Shown here piece by piece: positions 37,664 to 45,878 of a DNA stretch of 64,000 bases. The DNA comes from Bacillales bacterium UBA6877 (lineage in GTDB: Bacteria > Bacillota_I > Bacilli_A > RFN20 > CAG-826): the NCBI GenBank assembly GCA_002451465.1, contig DKCJ01000006.1, positions 10,373 through 74,372 of the forward strand, written 5' to 3'. The position numbers and the translations under genes are program-made. Under the pieces are notes generated by a model that worked only from the letters and a program-made list of their open reading frames with translations, did not search any database and was not told where the DNA came from. Positions within the stretch are counted from its first letter, which is position 1; every line of letters starts with the position of its first letter.

Positions 37664-37672
37664 TGTTATAAT
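37664..37672 (+). promoter_or_regulatory. Candidate extended -10 promoter (TGtTATAAT) of the NifU-like/GGGtGRT pair
   Basis: TGTTATAAT at 37664-37672, ~50 nt upstream of the ATG at 37725, which has RBS AAAGGAG. The -35 is poor. Confidence 0.35.
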
Positions 37673-37724
37673 ATTTTAGATTTCTATTGAGGAAATTATT
37701 ATTAAATGAAAGGAGTTTTAACTC

Positions 37725-38417
37725 ATGGAATACTCAGCTGAAATAAAACACATGTGTACCGTAAGAAACGGTTGTGATGCTGGCGTTAGCCCACTCCCAG
37801 AAGAAGGAAAATGGGTAAAAGTTAAAGAGGTAAAAGATATCTCTGGTTTAAGCCATGGCATTGGCTGGTGTGCACCACAACAAGGTTGTGCAAAGCTCAC
37901 TTTAAATGTCAAAGATGGTATTATTGAAGAAGCTTTAGTTGAAACTATTGGTTGTTCAGGTATGACTCATAGTGCTGCTATGGCTGTTGAAGTTTTACAA
38001 GGAAAGACTTTACTTGAAGCAGTTAATACTGACTTAGTTTGCGATGCTATTAACGTTGCAATGAGAGAAATCTTCAAACAATTTATGTATGGAAGAACTC
38101 AAACTGCTTTTAGTGAAAACGGTTTACCAGTTGGATCATCTCTTGATGATTTAGGAAAGAACTTAAGATCACAAGTTGGAACTATGTTTGCTAGTAAAGC
38201 AAAAGGCCCACGTTATCTTGAAATGACCGATGGATATGTTTTACATATTGGTCTTGATAAAAATGATGAAGTAATTGGTTATCAATTTGTCAACTTAGGC
38301 AAAATGATGAAAGCAATTAGAGAAGGCGTTGATCCAAAAGAAGCTTATGCAAAAGCTATTGGAACTTATGGAAGATATAATGACGCAGTCAAAACTATCG
38401 ATCCAAGAAAGGAATAA
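37725..38417 (+). CDS. NifU/IscU-like Fe-S scaffold-type protein (usual partner of GGGtGRT proteins)
   Basis: Cys-containing IscU-like core ...GWCAPQQGCAKLTLNVKDGIIEEALVETIGCSGMTHSAAMAVEVLQGKT..., with a ~100-aa C-terminal extension. Confidence 0.6.
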   Translation: MEYSAEIKHMCTVRNGCDAGVSPLPEEGKWVKVKEVKDISGLSHGIGWCAPQQGCAKLTLNVKDGIIEEALVETIGCSGMTHSAAMAVEVLQGKTLLEAVNTDLVCDAINVAMREIFKQFMYGRTQTAFSENGLPVGSSLDDLGKNLRSQVGTMFASKAKGPRYLEMTDGYVLHIGLDKNDEVIGYQFVNLGKMMKAIREGVDPKEAYAKAIGTYGRYNDAVKTIDPRKE

Positions 38418-38422
38418 TTATC

Positions 38423-39424
38423 ATGGTTACATTTGAAAATTATGAACGTAGAAAAGATTCTATCGATGCCTGTTTAAAAGCTAATGGTATCAAAGATTTA
38501 GAAGAATGCCGTAAAATGTGTCTTGATAAAGACGTAGATGTCGAAAAAATTGTTAAAGGTGTTCAACCAATTTGTTTCGATAACGCTGTTTGGGCATATA
38601 CATTAGGTTGCGCAATTGCTATTAAACGTAATGTTAAAGAAGCTGAAAAGATCGCTGTTTGCATTGGTGAAGGTCTCCAAGCCTTTACAGTTCCAGGCAG
38701 TGTTGCTAATATTCGTGAAGTTGGTCTTGGTCATGGTAACCTTGCAAGCATGCTTCTTGATGAAAAAACAAGATGTTTCTGCTTCTTAGCAGGTCATGAA
38801 TCATTTGCCGCTGCTGAAGGTGCAATTGGTATCGCTTTAAATGCTAACAAAGTTAGAAAGAACCCAATTAATGTTATCTTAAATGGTTTAGGAAAAAATG
38901 CTGCATATGTTATCAGCCGTATTAATGGTTTCACATATGTCCGTACTGAACTTGATAGACATACTAATACATTAAAAATCATTGATGAAACTAAATTCAG
39001 TGATGGCGATCGTAGCAAGATTCGTTGCTATGGTTCAGATGATGCTACCGAAGGTGTTGAAATTATGAAACACGAAAGTGTTGATGTTTCAATTACTGGT
39101 AACTCCACAAACCCAACTCGTTTCCAACACATCGTTGCTGGTCAATATAAAAATTGGTGCTGGGGACATGGTAAGAAATACTTCAGTGTTGCTAGTGGCG
39201 GCGGAACTGGTCGTACATTACATCCAGATAATATGGGTGCAGGTCCATCAAGCTATGGTTTAACTGATAATATGGGAAGAATGCATGCTGATGCTCAATT
39301 TGCCGGTAGCTCAAGCGTCCCAGCTCACGTAGAAATGATGGGTTTAATTGGTATGGGAAACAACCCAATGGTTGGTGCTAGCGTTGCTTGTTCAGTCGCA
39401 GTTTACGAAGCATTAAAAAAATAA
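38423..39424 (+). CDS. GGGtGRT-family protein (function unknown)
   Basis: Contains the eponymous motif SGGGTGRTLHPDNMGAGPSSYG, followed by GSSSVPAHVEMMGLIGMGNNPMVG. Confidence 0.8.
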   Translation: MVTFENYERRKDSIDACLKANGIKDLEECRKMCLDKDVDVEKIVKGVQPICFDNAVWAYTLGCAIAIKRNVKEAEKIAVCIGEGLQAFTVPGSVANIREVGLGHGNLASMLLDEKTRCFCFLAGHESFAAAEGAIGIALNANKVRKNPINVILNGLGKNAAYVISRINGFTYVRTELDRHTNTLKIIDETKFSDGDRSKIRCYGSDDATEGVEIMKHESVDVSITGNSTNPTRFQHIVAGQYKNWCWGHGKKYFSVASGGGTGRTLHPDNMGAGPSSYGLTDNMGRMHADAQFAGSSSVPAHVEMMGLIGMGNNPMVGASVACSVAVYEALKK

Positions 39425-39444
39425 TCAATTAAAATCTAAATAAT

Positions 39445-39472
39445 AAAAGGGCGCTGTTGGCGCTCTTTTTTT
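39445..39472 (+). terminator. Rho-independent terminator of the GGGtGRT operon
   Basis: GGGCGC (39449-39454), loop TGTTG, GCGCTC (39460-39465), then T7. Confidence 0.8.
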
Positions 39473-39573
39473 ATGAAATAAAGTGTGTTGCGTTTTGTCT
39501 CTATGAATTGCAAAACAATTAAAAATATAAAAAATGTGTATGTTATCTTTACCATACACACTTTATTTCATAA
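39471..39573. repeat. Palindromic intergenic element, copy 1 (18-bp perfect arms, ~67-nt centre)
   Basis: TTATGAAATAAAGTGTGT (39471-39488) is the exact reverse complement of 39556-39573. The arms are ~15/18 identical to those of the element at 45737-45795. Confidence 0.7.
39521..39560 (-). terminator. Rho-independent terminator of the M18 aminopeptidase gene
   Basis: TGTGTATG (39535-39542) pairs with CATACACA (39553-39560); on the minus strand it is followed by TTTTTTATATTTTT. Confidence 0.7.
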
Positions 39574-39584
39574 AATCATTTTTG

Positions 39585-40856
39585 TTATCTTTGATTATAA
39601 ATATCTTTTATAAGTTCGTACATGTAATCGACGTCTTTTGTCCCGGCTGTCTCATAGCTTGAATGCATAGAAAGTTGAGCACATCCAATATCACATGTTT
39701 TTATACCAATTTGTGAAGTGCTTAGTGCTCCTAAGGTTGAACCACCTCTTACATCGCTCTTATTATAAAAGAACTGATAAGGTATGTTGTTTTTCTTACA
39801 TACATCTATAACAAGCGAGGAAGTATAAGCGTCAGACATATAAGCCATATTAGAATTAAATTTAATAATTGGTCCTTTATCTAAATATACCAAATTATTT
39901 GGATCACTTAATTCAGGATGATTTGGATGTACAGCATGTCCATTATCGATCGAGACTAAGAATGAATTTGCTAAAGCTGCATAAAAATTATTTTCGCTAA
40001 AACCTAGTGAATTTGATATACGTTTCAAGGTGTTTTTTAAAAAATCACCATCTGCACCACCATATGTTTCACTTCCAATTTCTTCGTTGTCGAAGGAAAC
40101 ATAAACCTTAATATTTTCGGTTTCTCCACTATCTAAAAAAGACCTTAAACTTAAGTAAGCTGATTCTAAATTATCGATTTTTGGTGACATTAAAAATTCG
40201 TTATTTATACCACCAACCATGCTCTTTTCATAATTATAAACATTTAAATCATATGAAATAACATCCTCTTCTTTTAAAGAAGTATATGAACATAATAATT
40301 TCATAATCGAATTATTTTCTTCACCTAAAGACATTATTGGTTTTAGATCGACTTCAGGATTATAAATAAAACCATTATTAATATTTCTATTAAAATGAAT
40401 ACAAACATTAGGAATAATAAGAACAGGTTTATCTATATCAATTATTTTAGTTTCGACTTTATCATTGTTCTTGTAAAAAATTCTTCCGGCTATTGATAAA
40501 GGTTTATCAAGCCAAGTTGAAGTTATAAGTCCACCATATACTTCAACATTTAATTTATGATAACCATAACTTCTTACTCCATTATCCATTTTAATTTTTA
40601 AACATGGTGAATCTAAATGAGAGGCCATTATTGTGAAGTCAAATCTTCTAAGCATTGCAGGTATTTTAAAAGCAACAATGCTGCTATCATTTCTTGTTAA
40701 AAAATAATTTTTACCTCTTTCTACTTCAAAGTTATCACCTTCATTTAATTCTATAAAATTATTTTCTAATAAAATATTTTTAATATTATTACAAGCATTA
40801 TATTCACTATGACTTTTATTTAAAAAATCTACTAAATCATTGATTAAGTTTTCCAT
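39585..40856 (-). CDS. M18-family (aspartyl) aminopeptidase
   Basis: IMASHLDSPCLKIK, DNEEIGS, AVHPNHP and CAQLSMHS blocks are typical of peptidase M18. Confidence 0.85.
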   Translation of the reverse strand: MENLINDLVDFLNKSHSEYNACNNIKNILLENNFIELNEGDNFEVERGKNYFLTRNDSSIVAFKIPAMLRRFDFTIMASHLDSPCLKIKMDNGVRSYGYHKLNVEVYGGLITSTWLDKPLSIAGRIFYKNNDKVETKIIDIDKPVLIIPNVCIHFNRNINNGFIYNPEVDLKPIMSLGEENNSIMKLLCSYTSLKEEDVISYDLNVYNYEKSMVGGINNEFLMSPKIDNLESAYLSLRSFLDSGETENIKVYVSFDNEEIGSETYGGADGDFLKNTLKRISNSLGFSENNFYAALANSFLVSIDNGHAVHPNHPELSDPNNLVYLDKGPIIKFNSNMAYMSDAYTSSLVIDVCKKNNIPYQFFYNKSDVRGGSTLGALSTSQIGIKTCDIGCAQLSMHSSYETAGTKDVDYMYELIKDIYNQR

Positions 40857-41017
40857 TTAATTATTCCTCTTTTCGATAAATTATATTAACACAATTTAAA
40901 TAATAAGTTTAATAAATAAACATTAAATTTACTTAGAATTATTTAGGTATCAATATACCGAATTTTATTTAAAAATAACTTAAAAAATCATATAATATTT
41001 AAATGTTAGGAGTTTAT

Positions 41018-41707
41018 ATGGATGGTCCTGTAAAAATAATTGAATTAAAAGAAAGTGTCTTTAAAGACAATGATGAAAAGGCTGACGAATTAAGAAATAA
41101 ACTTAAAAAAGATGGAGTATTTCTATTAAATTTGATGTCAAGCCCTGGAAGTGGAAAAACAACAACTCTTATAAACCTAATTAATAAAATTAAAGATAAG
41201 GTAAAAATTGGAGTAATGGAAGCTGATATTGATGGAGACATTGATACTAGCGATGTAATTAAATACACTGGCGTTAATGCTATTCAATTACATACTGGGG
41301 GCATGTGTCACTTAGATGCCTCAATGACAAGCCAAGGCTTAGAAGGTCTTGATAATACTAGATTTGATTTAATTTTTTTAGAAAATGTTGGAAATCTAGT
41401 TTGCCCTGCAGAGTTTGATACAGGTGCTTCAAAAAATGCAGTTATATTATCAGTTCCGGAAGGCGATGATAAACCATTAAAATATCCATTAATGTTTGAA
41501 AAAGTTGATCTAGTAATCATAAATAAAATTGATGTTGCAAAATACTTCGATTTTGATTTCAAAAAATGTGAAGAGTGGATTAGACTTAGAAATAAACATT
41601 GTAAAATCATTAAAATTTCCGCTAAAACTGGCGAGGGAATTAATGAATTAGCAAACTACATACTAAATGAAGTAAAAACTTGGAAAGAGAGTAAAGACAA
41701 TGCCTGA
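41018..41707 (+). CDS. hypB: Hydrogenase/nickel-enzyme maturation GTPase HypB
   Basis: P-loop SSPGSGKTT, metal-binding GGMCHLDA, ENVGNLVCPA and the NKID G4 motif. Start at ATG 41018, behind AGGAG. Confidence 0.9.
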   Translation: MDGPVKIIELKESVFKDNDEKADELRNKLKKDGVFLLNLMSSPGSGKTTTLINLINKIKDKVKIGVMEADIDGDIDTSDVIKYTGVNAIQLHTGGMCHLDASMTSQGLEGLDNTRFDLIFLENVGNLVCPAEFDTGASKNAVILSVPEGDDKPLKYPLMFEKVDLVIINKIDVAKYFDFDFKKCEEWIRLRNKHCKIIKISAKTGEGINELANYILNEVKTWKESKDNA

Positions 41708-44609
41708 ACAAAATAAAAACAAAAACGTAATATCAAAATATCAAGGTGAAAAAAATCCTGATAAAGAAATATTAAAACTCGGAAGAAAAATTACTGATGT
41801 TGTTGCACATAAACTTAAAGGTTTAACGAGTAATGATCCAGAATATTGGGGATTAAGAGAAGTTATAACTCATGAAGAAGCTGTCGTATTAAACAAAATG
41901 AAACTTCGTAAGTTCTACACCATTGAAGAACTTATTAAGATGAATAAAAACATTGAACCAGCCAAATTACAAAAAATGTTTGATGAAATGTCTGTAAAAG
42001 GCATCGTCGAATATGATTATGGCGACCACTATACAGATGAAGGTCCAATTAAAGATGCTCCTCATATTAAAAGATATAGAATTTGTTTCTTTGTTCCTGG
42101 TTCAGCTGAATTATTCAACTCTACAAGAAAACAAATAAACGATAATCCTCCAGTTGCTTCTTTCTTTGAAAGAATGACATTTATTCCACTTGCTGGAATT
42201 ACTCAAATGGTGCCTCCAGGAGGAGATGGCATTGGAATGCACGTTATTCCAGTCGAAAAGGCTATTGATTTTGAAAACAAAGCTATAAAACTTGAAAGAA
42301 TATCATATTGGCTTAAAAAATATGATGGACATATTAGCGCAGGAACATGTTCTTGCCGTCTTTCAAGAGCTAAATTAGAAGAAGGATGTGCTGATGATGG
42401 CGATGACTGGTGTGTCCAAGTTGGTGATATGGCTGATTATTGTGTTGAAACTGGTAGATCACACTATATTACAACCGAAGAAGCTTTAAAAATTATGAAG
42501 AGAGCTGAAGACAATGGTTATGTTCACCAAATTACTAACATCGATGGCGAAAACAAAATATTTGATATATGTAATTGTAACGTCAATATTTGTAATGCTT
42601 TAAGAACAAGCATGCTCTTTAATACACCAAATCTTTCAAGAAGTGCATACACCGCTAAAGTTGATACTTCAAAATGTGTTGCTTGTGGTTTATGTGTTGA
42701 GTATTGCCCAGGTGGAGCTGTTAAACTTGGTCAAAAATTATGTAAAAAAGATCATAGTGAAGTCAAATATCCAAAAGCACCTTTACCAGACAACTTAAAA
42801 TGGGGTAAATATGCTTGGGATGAAGGATATCGTGACACTATAAGAATGAAAGATACTTATGATACTGGAAGCGCCCCATGTAAAGCTGCTTGTCCAGCTC
42901 ATGTTCCAGTTCAAGCATATTTAAAGAAAGCCCATGAGGGAAAATTCAAAGAAGCTTTAGATCTTATTAAAAAAGAAAATCCATTCCCAGCAGTTTGTGG
43001 AAGAGTTTGCAATAAAAGATGTGAAGAAGCTTGCACTCGTGGAGATTTAGATAAAGCAGTTGCAATCGATGCAGTTAAAAAGTTTATCGCTGAAAAAGAT
43101 TTAAATAGCAAAGATAGACTCATTCCTGAAAAAGTTATTCCATCCATTCATGATGGTTTTAATGAAAAGATTGCTATTATTGGTGCTGGTCCAGCAGGTT
43201 TAAGTGCGGCTTATTTCCTTGCATTAAAAGGTTATAAACCAACAGTCTTTGAAAAAAATGCTAGACCTGGTGGTATGCTTGTTTATGGTATACCAACATA
43301 TAAACTTGAAAAAGATGTTATTGATGCTGAAATCGAAATTATTAAAGAACTTGGTGCAGATATTAAATGTAATGTAGAAGTTGGCAAAGATATAACTATC
43401 GATGAACTTAAAAAACAAGGTTATAAAGCCTTCTATATTGCAATTGGTTGCCAAGGTGGAAGACGTCCAGGCATTTTAAACGAAAATGCAAATGGTGCTG
43501 AAATTGCTGTTGAATATTTAAAGAATTCCTTTGAACATCAAGATGAAAAATTCGACAAAAATGTTGTTGTCGTAGGCGGTGGTAATGTCGCTGTAGATTG
43601 TGCAAGAACTGCTATGAGAAAAGGCGCTAAAGAAGTTACTATGGTTTCTTTAGAAACTAGAGACACAATGCCTGCAAGTGATGAAGAAATTAGCGAAACA
43701 TTAGATGAAGGAATCAAAATCCTTAATCAATATGGTCCAAAAGAAATTAAAGTTGATGAAAATAACAACATTACATCAATTGTCTTTAAAAAATGTACAA
43801 GTTTATATGATGAAAATCATAAATTTAGTCCAAAATATGATGAAAATGATACTATTGAACTTGAAGCGTCTAAAGTTGTATTTGCTATTGGTCAAACTAT
43901 CGTTTGGGGCGATTTATTAAAAGGTACAAAAGTCACCTTTACACATGGTGTTTATCCAGTTGCTGATAAATTAACATACCAAACAGCTGATCCTGATATT
44001 TATGTCGGTGGTGATGTTTATACTGGTCCAAAGTTTGTAATTGATGCTATCGCTCAAGGACATTATGTTGCTGATTCATTACATAGACATGTACAAAAGG
44101 GTGCCTCACCAACTATAGGTCTTTATAAACATAACTTTAAAGAATTAGATAAAACAGATATCTCATTCCCAGTTGGTTATGATAACGCTAAACGACAAGA
44201 AGCTGGCATGAATGAAAAAATTGATTATAAACATTCATTTAGAGATGCACATAATACGTTAACAGAAGAACAAGTTAAAATTGAAACTGGTAGATGTTTA
44301 AGTTGTGGTGCCTCTGTTGTTGATCCAAATAAGTGTATAGGTTGTGGTATTTGTACAACAAAATGTAAATTTAATGCCATCCACCTTTTCAGAGATCATC
44401 CAGAAATGTCTAAGATGACTATTGCTGAGAAAAAAGTTGGCGGATTATTAAAATATAGTTTAAAGCGTGGCATGAGAATTCTCTTACATAGTGGCTCTAA
44501 AGAAGCTAAAGAGATGAGAAAGCTTCGTAAAGACTACAATAAAAAGAATAAAGAATTTAATAAATTAAATCCAAACACTGGAAATTCAAAATGCACGAAC
44601 TTGGAATAG
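41700..44609 (+). CDS. 969-aa multidomain Fe-S flavoprotein: Cys-rich N-domain, ferredoxin motif, GltD-like NAD(P)H/FAD oxidoreductase module, C-terminal 2x[4Fe-4S] motif
   Basis: Cys-rich N-domain: CSCRLSRAKLEEGC...WC...YC and ICNCNVNICNALR. Ferredoxin motif CVACGLCVEYCP. GltD N-terminal-like CKAACPAHVPVQAY...CGRVCNKRCEEACTRG. Rossmann motifs IAIIGAGPAGLSAAYFL and VVVVGGGNVAVDCA. C-terminal CLSCG...CIGCGICTTKC. Its start overlaps the hypB stop and its stop overlaps the hypA start. Confidence 0.75.
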   Translation: MPEQNKNKNVISKYQGEKNPDKEILKLGRKITDVVAHKLKGLTSNDPEYWGLREVITHEEAVVLNKMKLRKFYTIEELIKMNKNIEPAKLQKMFDEMSVKGIVEYDYGDHYTDEGPIKDAPHIKRYRICFFVPGSAELFNSTRKQINDNPPVASFFERMTFIPLAGITQMVPPGGDGIGMHVIPVEKAIDFENKAIKLERISYWLKKYDGHISAGTCSCRLSRAKLEEGCADDGDDWCVQVGDMADYCVETGRSHYITTEEALKIMKRAEDNGYVHQITNIDGENKIFDICNCNVNICNALRTSMLFNTPNLSRSAYTAKVDTSKCVACGLCVEYCPGGAVKLGQKLCKKDHSEVKYPKAPLPDNLKWGKYAWDEGYRDTIRMKDTYDTGSAPCKAACPAHVPVQAYLKKAHEGKFKEALDLIKKENPFPAVCGRVCNKRCEEACTRGDLDKAVAIDAVKKFIAEKDLNSKDRLIPEKVIPSIHDGFNEKIAIIGAGPAGLSAAYFLALKGYKPTVFEKNARPGGMLVYGIPTYKLEKDVIDAEIEIIKELGADIKCNVEVGKDITIDELKKQGYKAFYIAIGCQGGRRPGILNENANGAEIAVEYLKNSFEHQDEKFDKNVVVVGGGNVAVDCARTAMRKGAKEVTMVSLETRDTMPASDEEISETLDEGIKILNQYGPKEIKVDENNNITSIVFKKCTSLYDENHKFSPKYDENDTIELEASKVVFAIGQTIVWGDLLKGTKVTFTHGVYPVADKLTYQTADPDIYVGGDVYTGPKFVIDAIAQGHYVADSLHRHVQKGASPTIGLYKHNFKELDKTDISFPVGYDNAKRQEAGMNEKIDYKHSFRDAHNTLTEEQVKIETGRCLSCGASVVDPNKCIGCGICTTKCKFNAIHLFRDHPEMSKMTIAEKKVGGLLKYSLKRGMRILLHSGSKEAKEMRKLRKDYNKKNKEFNKLNPNTGNSKCTNLE

Positions 44610-44935
44610 TTTTCTACGTCATAAATGCTGTTGAAAAAAGTTGTAAAGAGAACAATGTAAAAGAAGTAAAAAGCGTTTCATTAGAAGTTGGTGAAGTTTC
44701 AACGATAGTTCCATCATACTTTGAAGAATGCTTTAAATGGGCGATTAAAAAGACTGAACATATGAAAAATTGCACACTTAAAATAATACCAATTAAAGCT
44801 ATTACTTATTGTAAACATTGTGAAAAAACTTATGATACAGTTAAATATGGTAGAAAATGTCCATATTGTGGATCATATGAAACTTATTTATTAACAGGAG
44901 ATCAATGTAATATTAAAAACATTGAAGTTGTTTAA
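44591..44935 (+). CDS. hypA: Nickel metallochaperone HypA
   Basis: N-terminal MHE nickel site (MHELGIV) and zinc site CKHC...CPYCG; 114 aa. Confidence 0.9.
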   Translation: MHELGIVFYVINAVEKSCKENNVKEVKSVSLEVGEVSTIVPSYFEECFKWAIKKTEHMKNCTLKIIPIKAITYCKHCEKTYDTVKYGRKCPYCGSYETYLLTGDQCNIKNIEVV

Positions 44936-44942
44936 AAAAACA

Positions 44943-44979
44943 AAGAGTTAATTAGTTAAAAATAATTAACTCTTTTTTT
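44943..44979. terminator. Bidirectional rho-independent terminator (hypA / GNAT gene)
   Basis: AAGAGTTAATTA (44943-44954), 8-nt loop, TAATTAACTCTT (44963-44974), with an A-run before and a T-run after. Confidence 0.75.
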
Positions 44980-45009
44980 AATTTACGATATATATAATCC
45001 CTTATTTTC

Positions 45010-45537
45010 TTAAAAATCCATATACATGTATATATCAAATTTATCGCTTTGTTTAGTAAATTTATATATATTTGTATCAACGCCACCAATATAAAAATTA
45101 CATTTAATGTAAAATAAAAATGCTCCTAAATTATTGTTTTGAACAATTGTGTATATGCCTTTATAATCCTTATTTTTAGCAACTCCTATCGCTTTCTTTA
45201 TAAGCATTTTCCCAATTCCTTTATTTCTATATCTTTCATTTACTTTAAGTTCATCTAAATAAATATATTTATATAATCCATGTTCTAAAACTAATAAACC
45301 GATTAATTTATCATCATCATATGCACCAATAAAAATAGAGTCATTTAAACTTTTTAAAGAATAATCTTCATTAGGAAAAATCATTGTTTGAAGCTTTTCC
45401 TTTGGGTAATACTTAACTTTGTAGTCCCAATTAAGATTATTAAAACTAGGAATAACTTCACCAATTAAATTAAATGGCTCATTTTTAATAGTAATAATAT
45501 GTTTTTCTATTTCATTTAATATTCTAATTTTAATCAT
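45010..45537 (-). CDS. GNAT-family N-acetyltransferase
   Basis: Acetyl-CoA motif A RYRNKGIGKMLIKKAI and the beta-strand pattern LIGLLVLE...IYLDELKV. Confidence 0.75.
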   Translation of the reverse strand: MIKIRILNEIEKHIITIKNEPFNLIGEVIPSFNNLNWDYKVKYYPKEKLQTMIFPNEDYSLKSLNDSIFIGAYDDDKLIGLLVLEHGLYKYIYLDELKVNERYRNKGIGKMLIKKAIGVAKNKDYKGIYTIVQNNNLGAFLFYIKCNFYIGGVDTNIYKFTKQSDKFDIYMYMDF

Positions 45538-45689
45538 ATCGTTATTTTATAAAATTATTGATAAATAAAAAACCTTTTATTATTGTGGATTAGTTAAATT
45601 TATTGTCAAAATTTTTAAATATAGTAATTATTATTTATTATTTAAAATATCGAAATGTTATTTTTGTAGAACCTATAAAATTATTTTTG

Positions 45690-45729
45690 TTTATTTAAAA
45701 AAATGGAAACATAATTATACATTTCCATT
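45690..45729 (-). terminator. Rho-independent terminator (second of two hairpins after the lipoprotein operon)
   Basis: AATGGAAA (45702-45709) pairs with TTTCCATT (45722-45729); on the minus strand it is followed by TTTTTTTAAATAAA. Confidence 0.6.
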
Positions 45730-45736
45730 AAAATTT

Positions 45737-45795
45737 GGTTCTATAAAATAAAGTGCGTACGAATAAATATCATACGCACTTATTTTCATAGAACC
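45737..45795. repeat. Palindromic intergenic element, copy 2 (23-nt imperfect arms, 13-nt loop)
   Basis: GGTTCTATAAAATAAAGTGCGTA (45737-45759) pairs with TACGCACTTATTTTCATAGAACC (45773-45795). The inner arm sequence resembles copy 1 at 39471-39573. An extra direct copy of TAGAACCTAT lies at 45667-45676. Confidence 0.65.
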
Positions 45796-45878
45796 TATCA
45801 ATTATATTTTATAAATTAAAAACACATTGAAAACATAATAAATTCAATATAAATTAATCATTTTATATTTTTTTATGT

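Noticed and set aside
40946-40959. GGTAT-N4-ATACC inverted repeat upstream of hypB as a NikR-type operator
   Set aside because: The arms are only 5 bp. The repeat does not resemble known NikR operators (GTATGA-N16-TCATAC) and no nikR gene is nearby. It could easily arise by chance.
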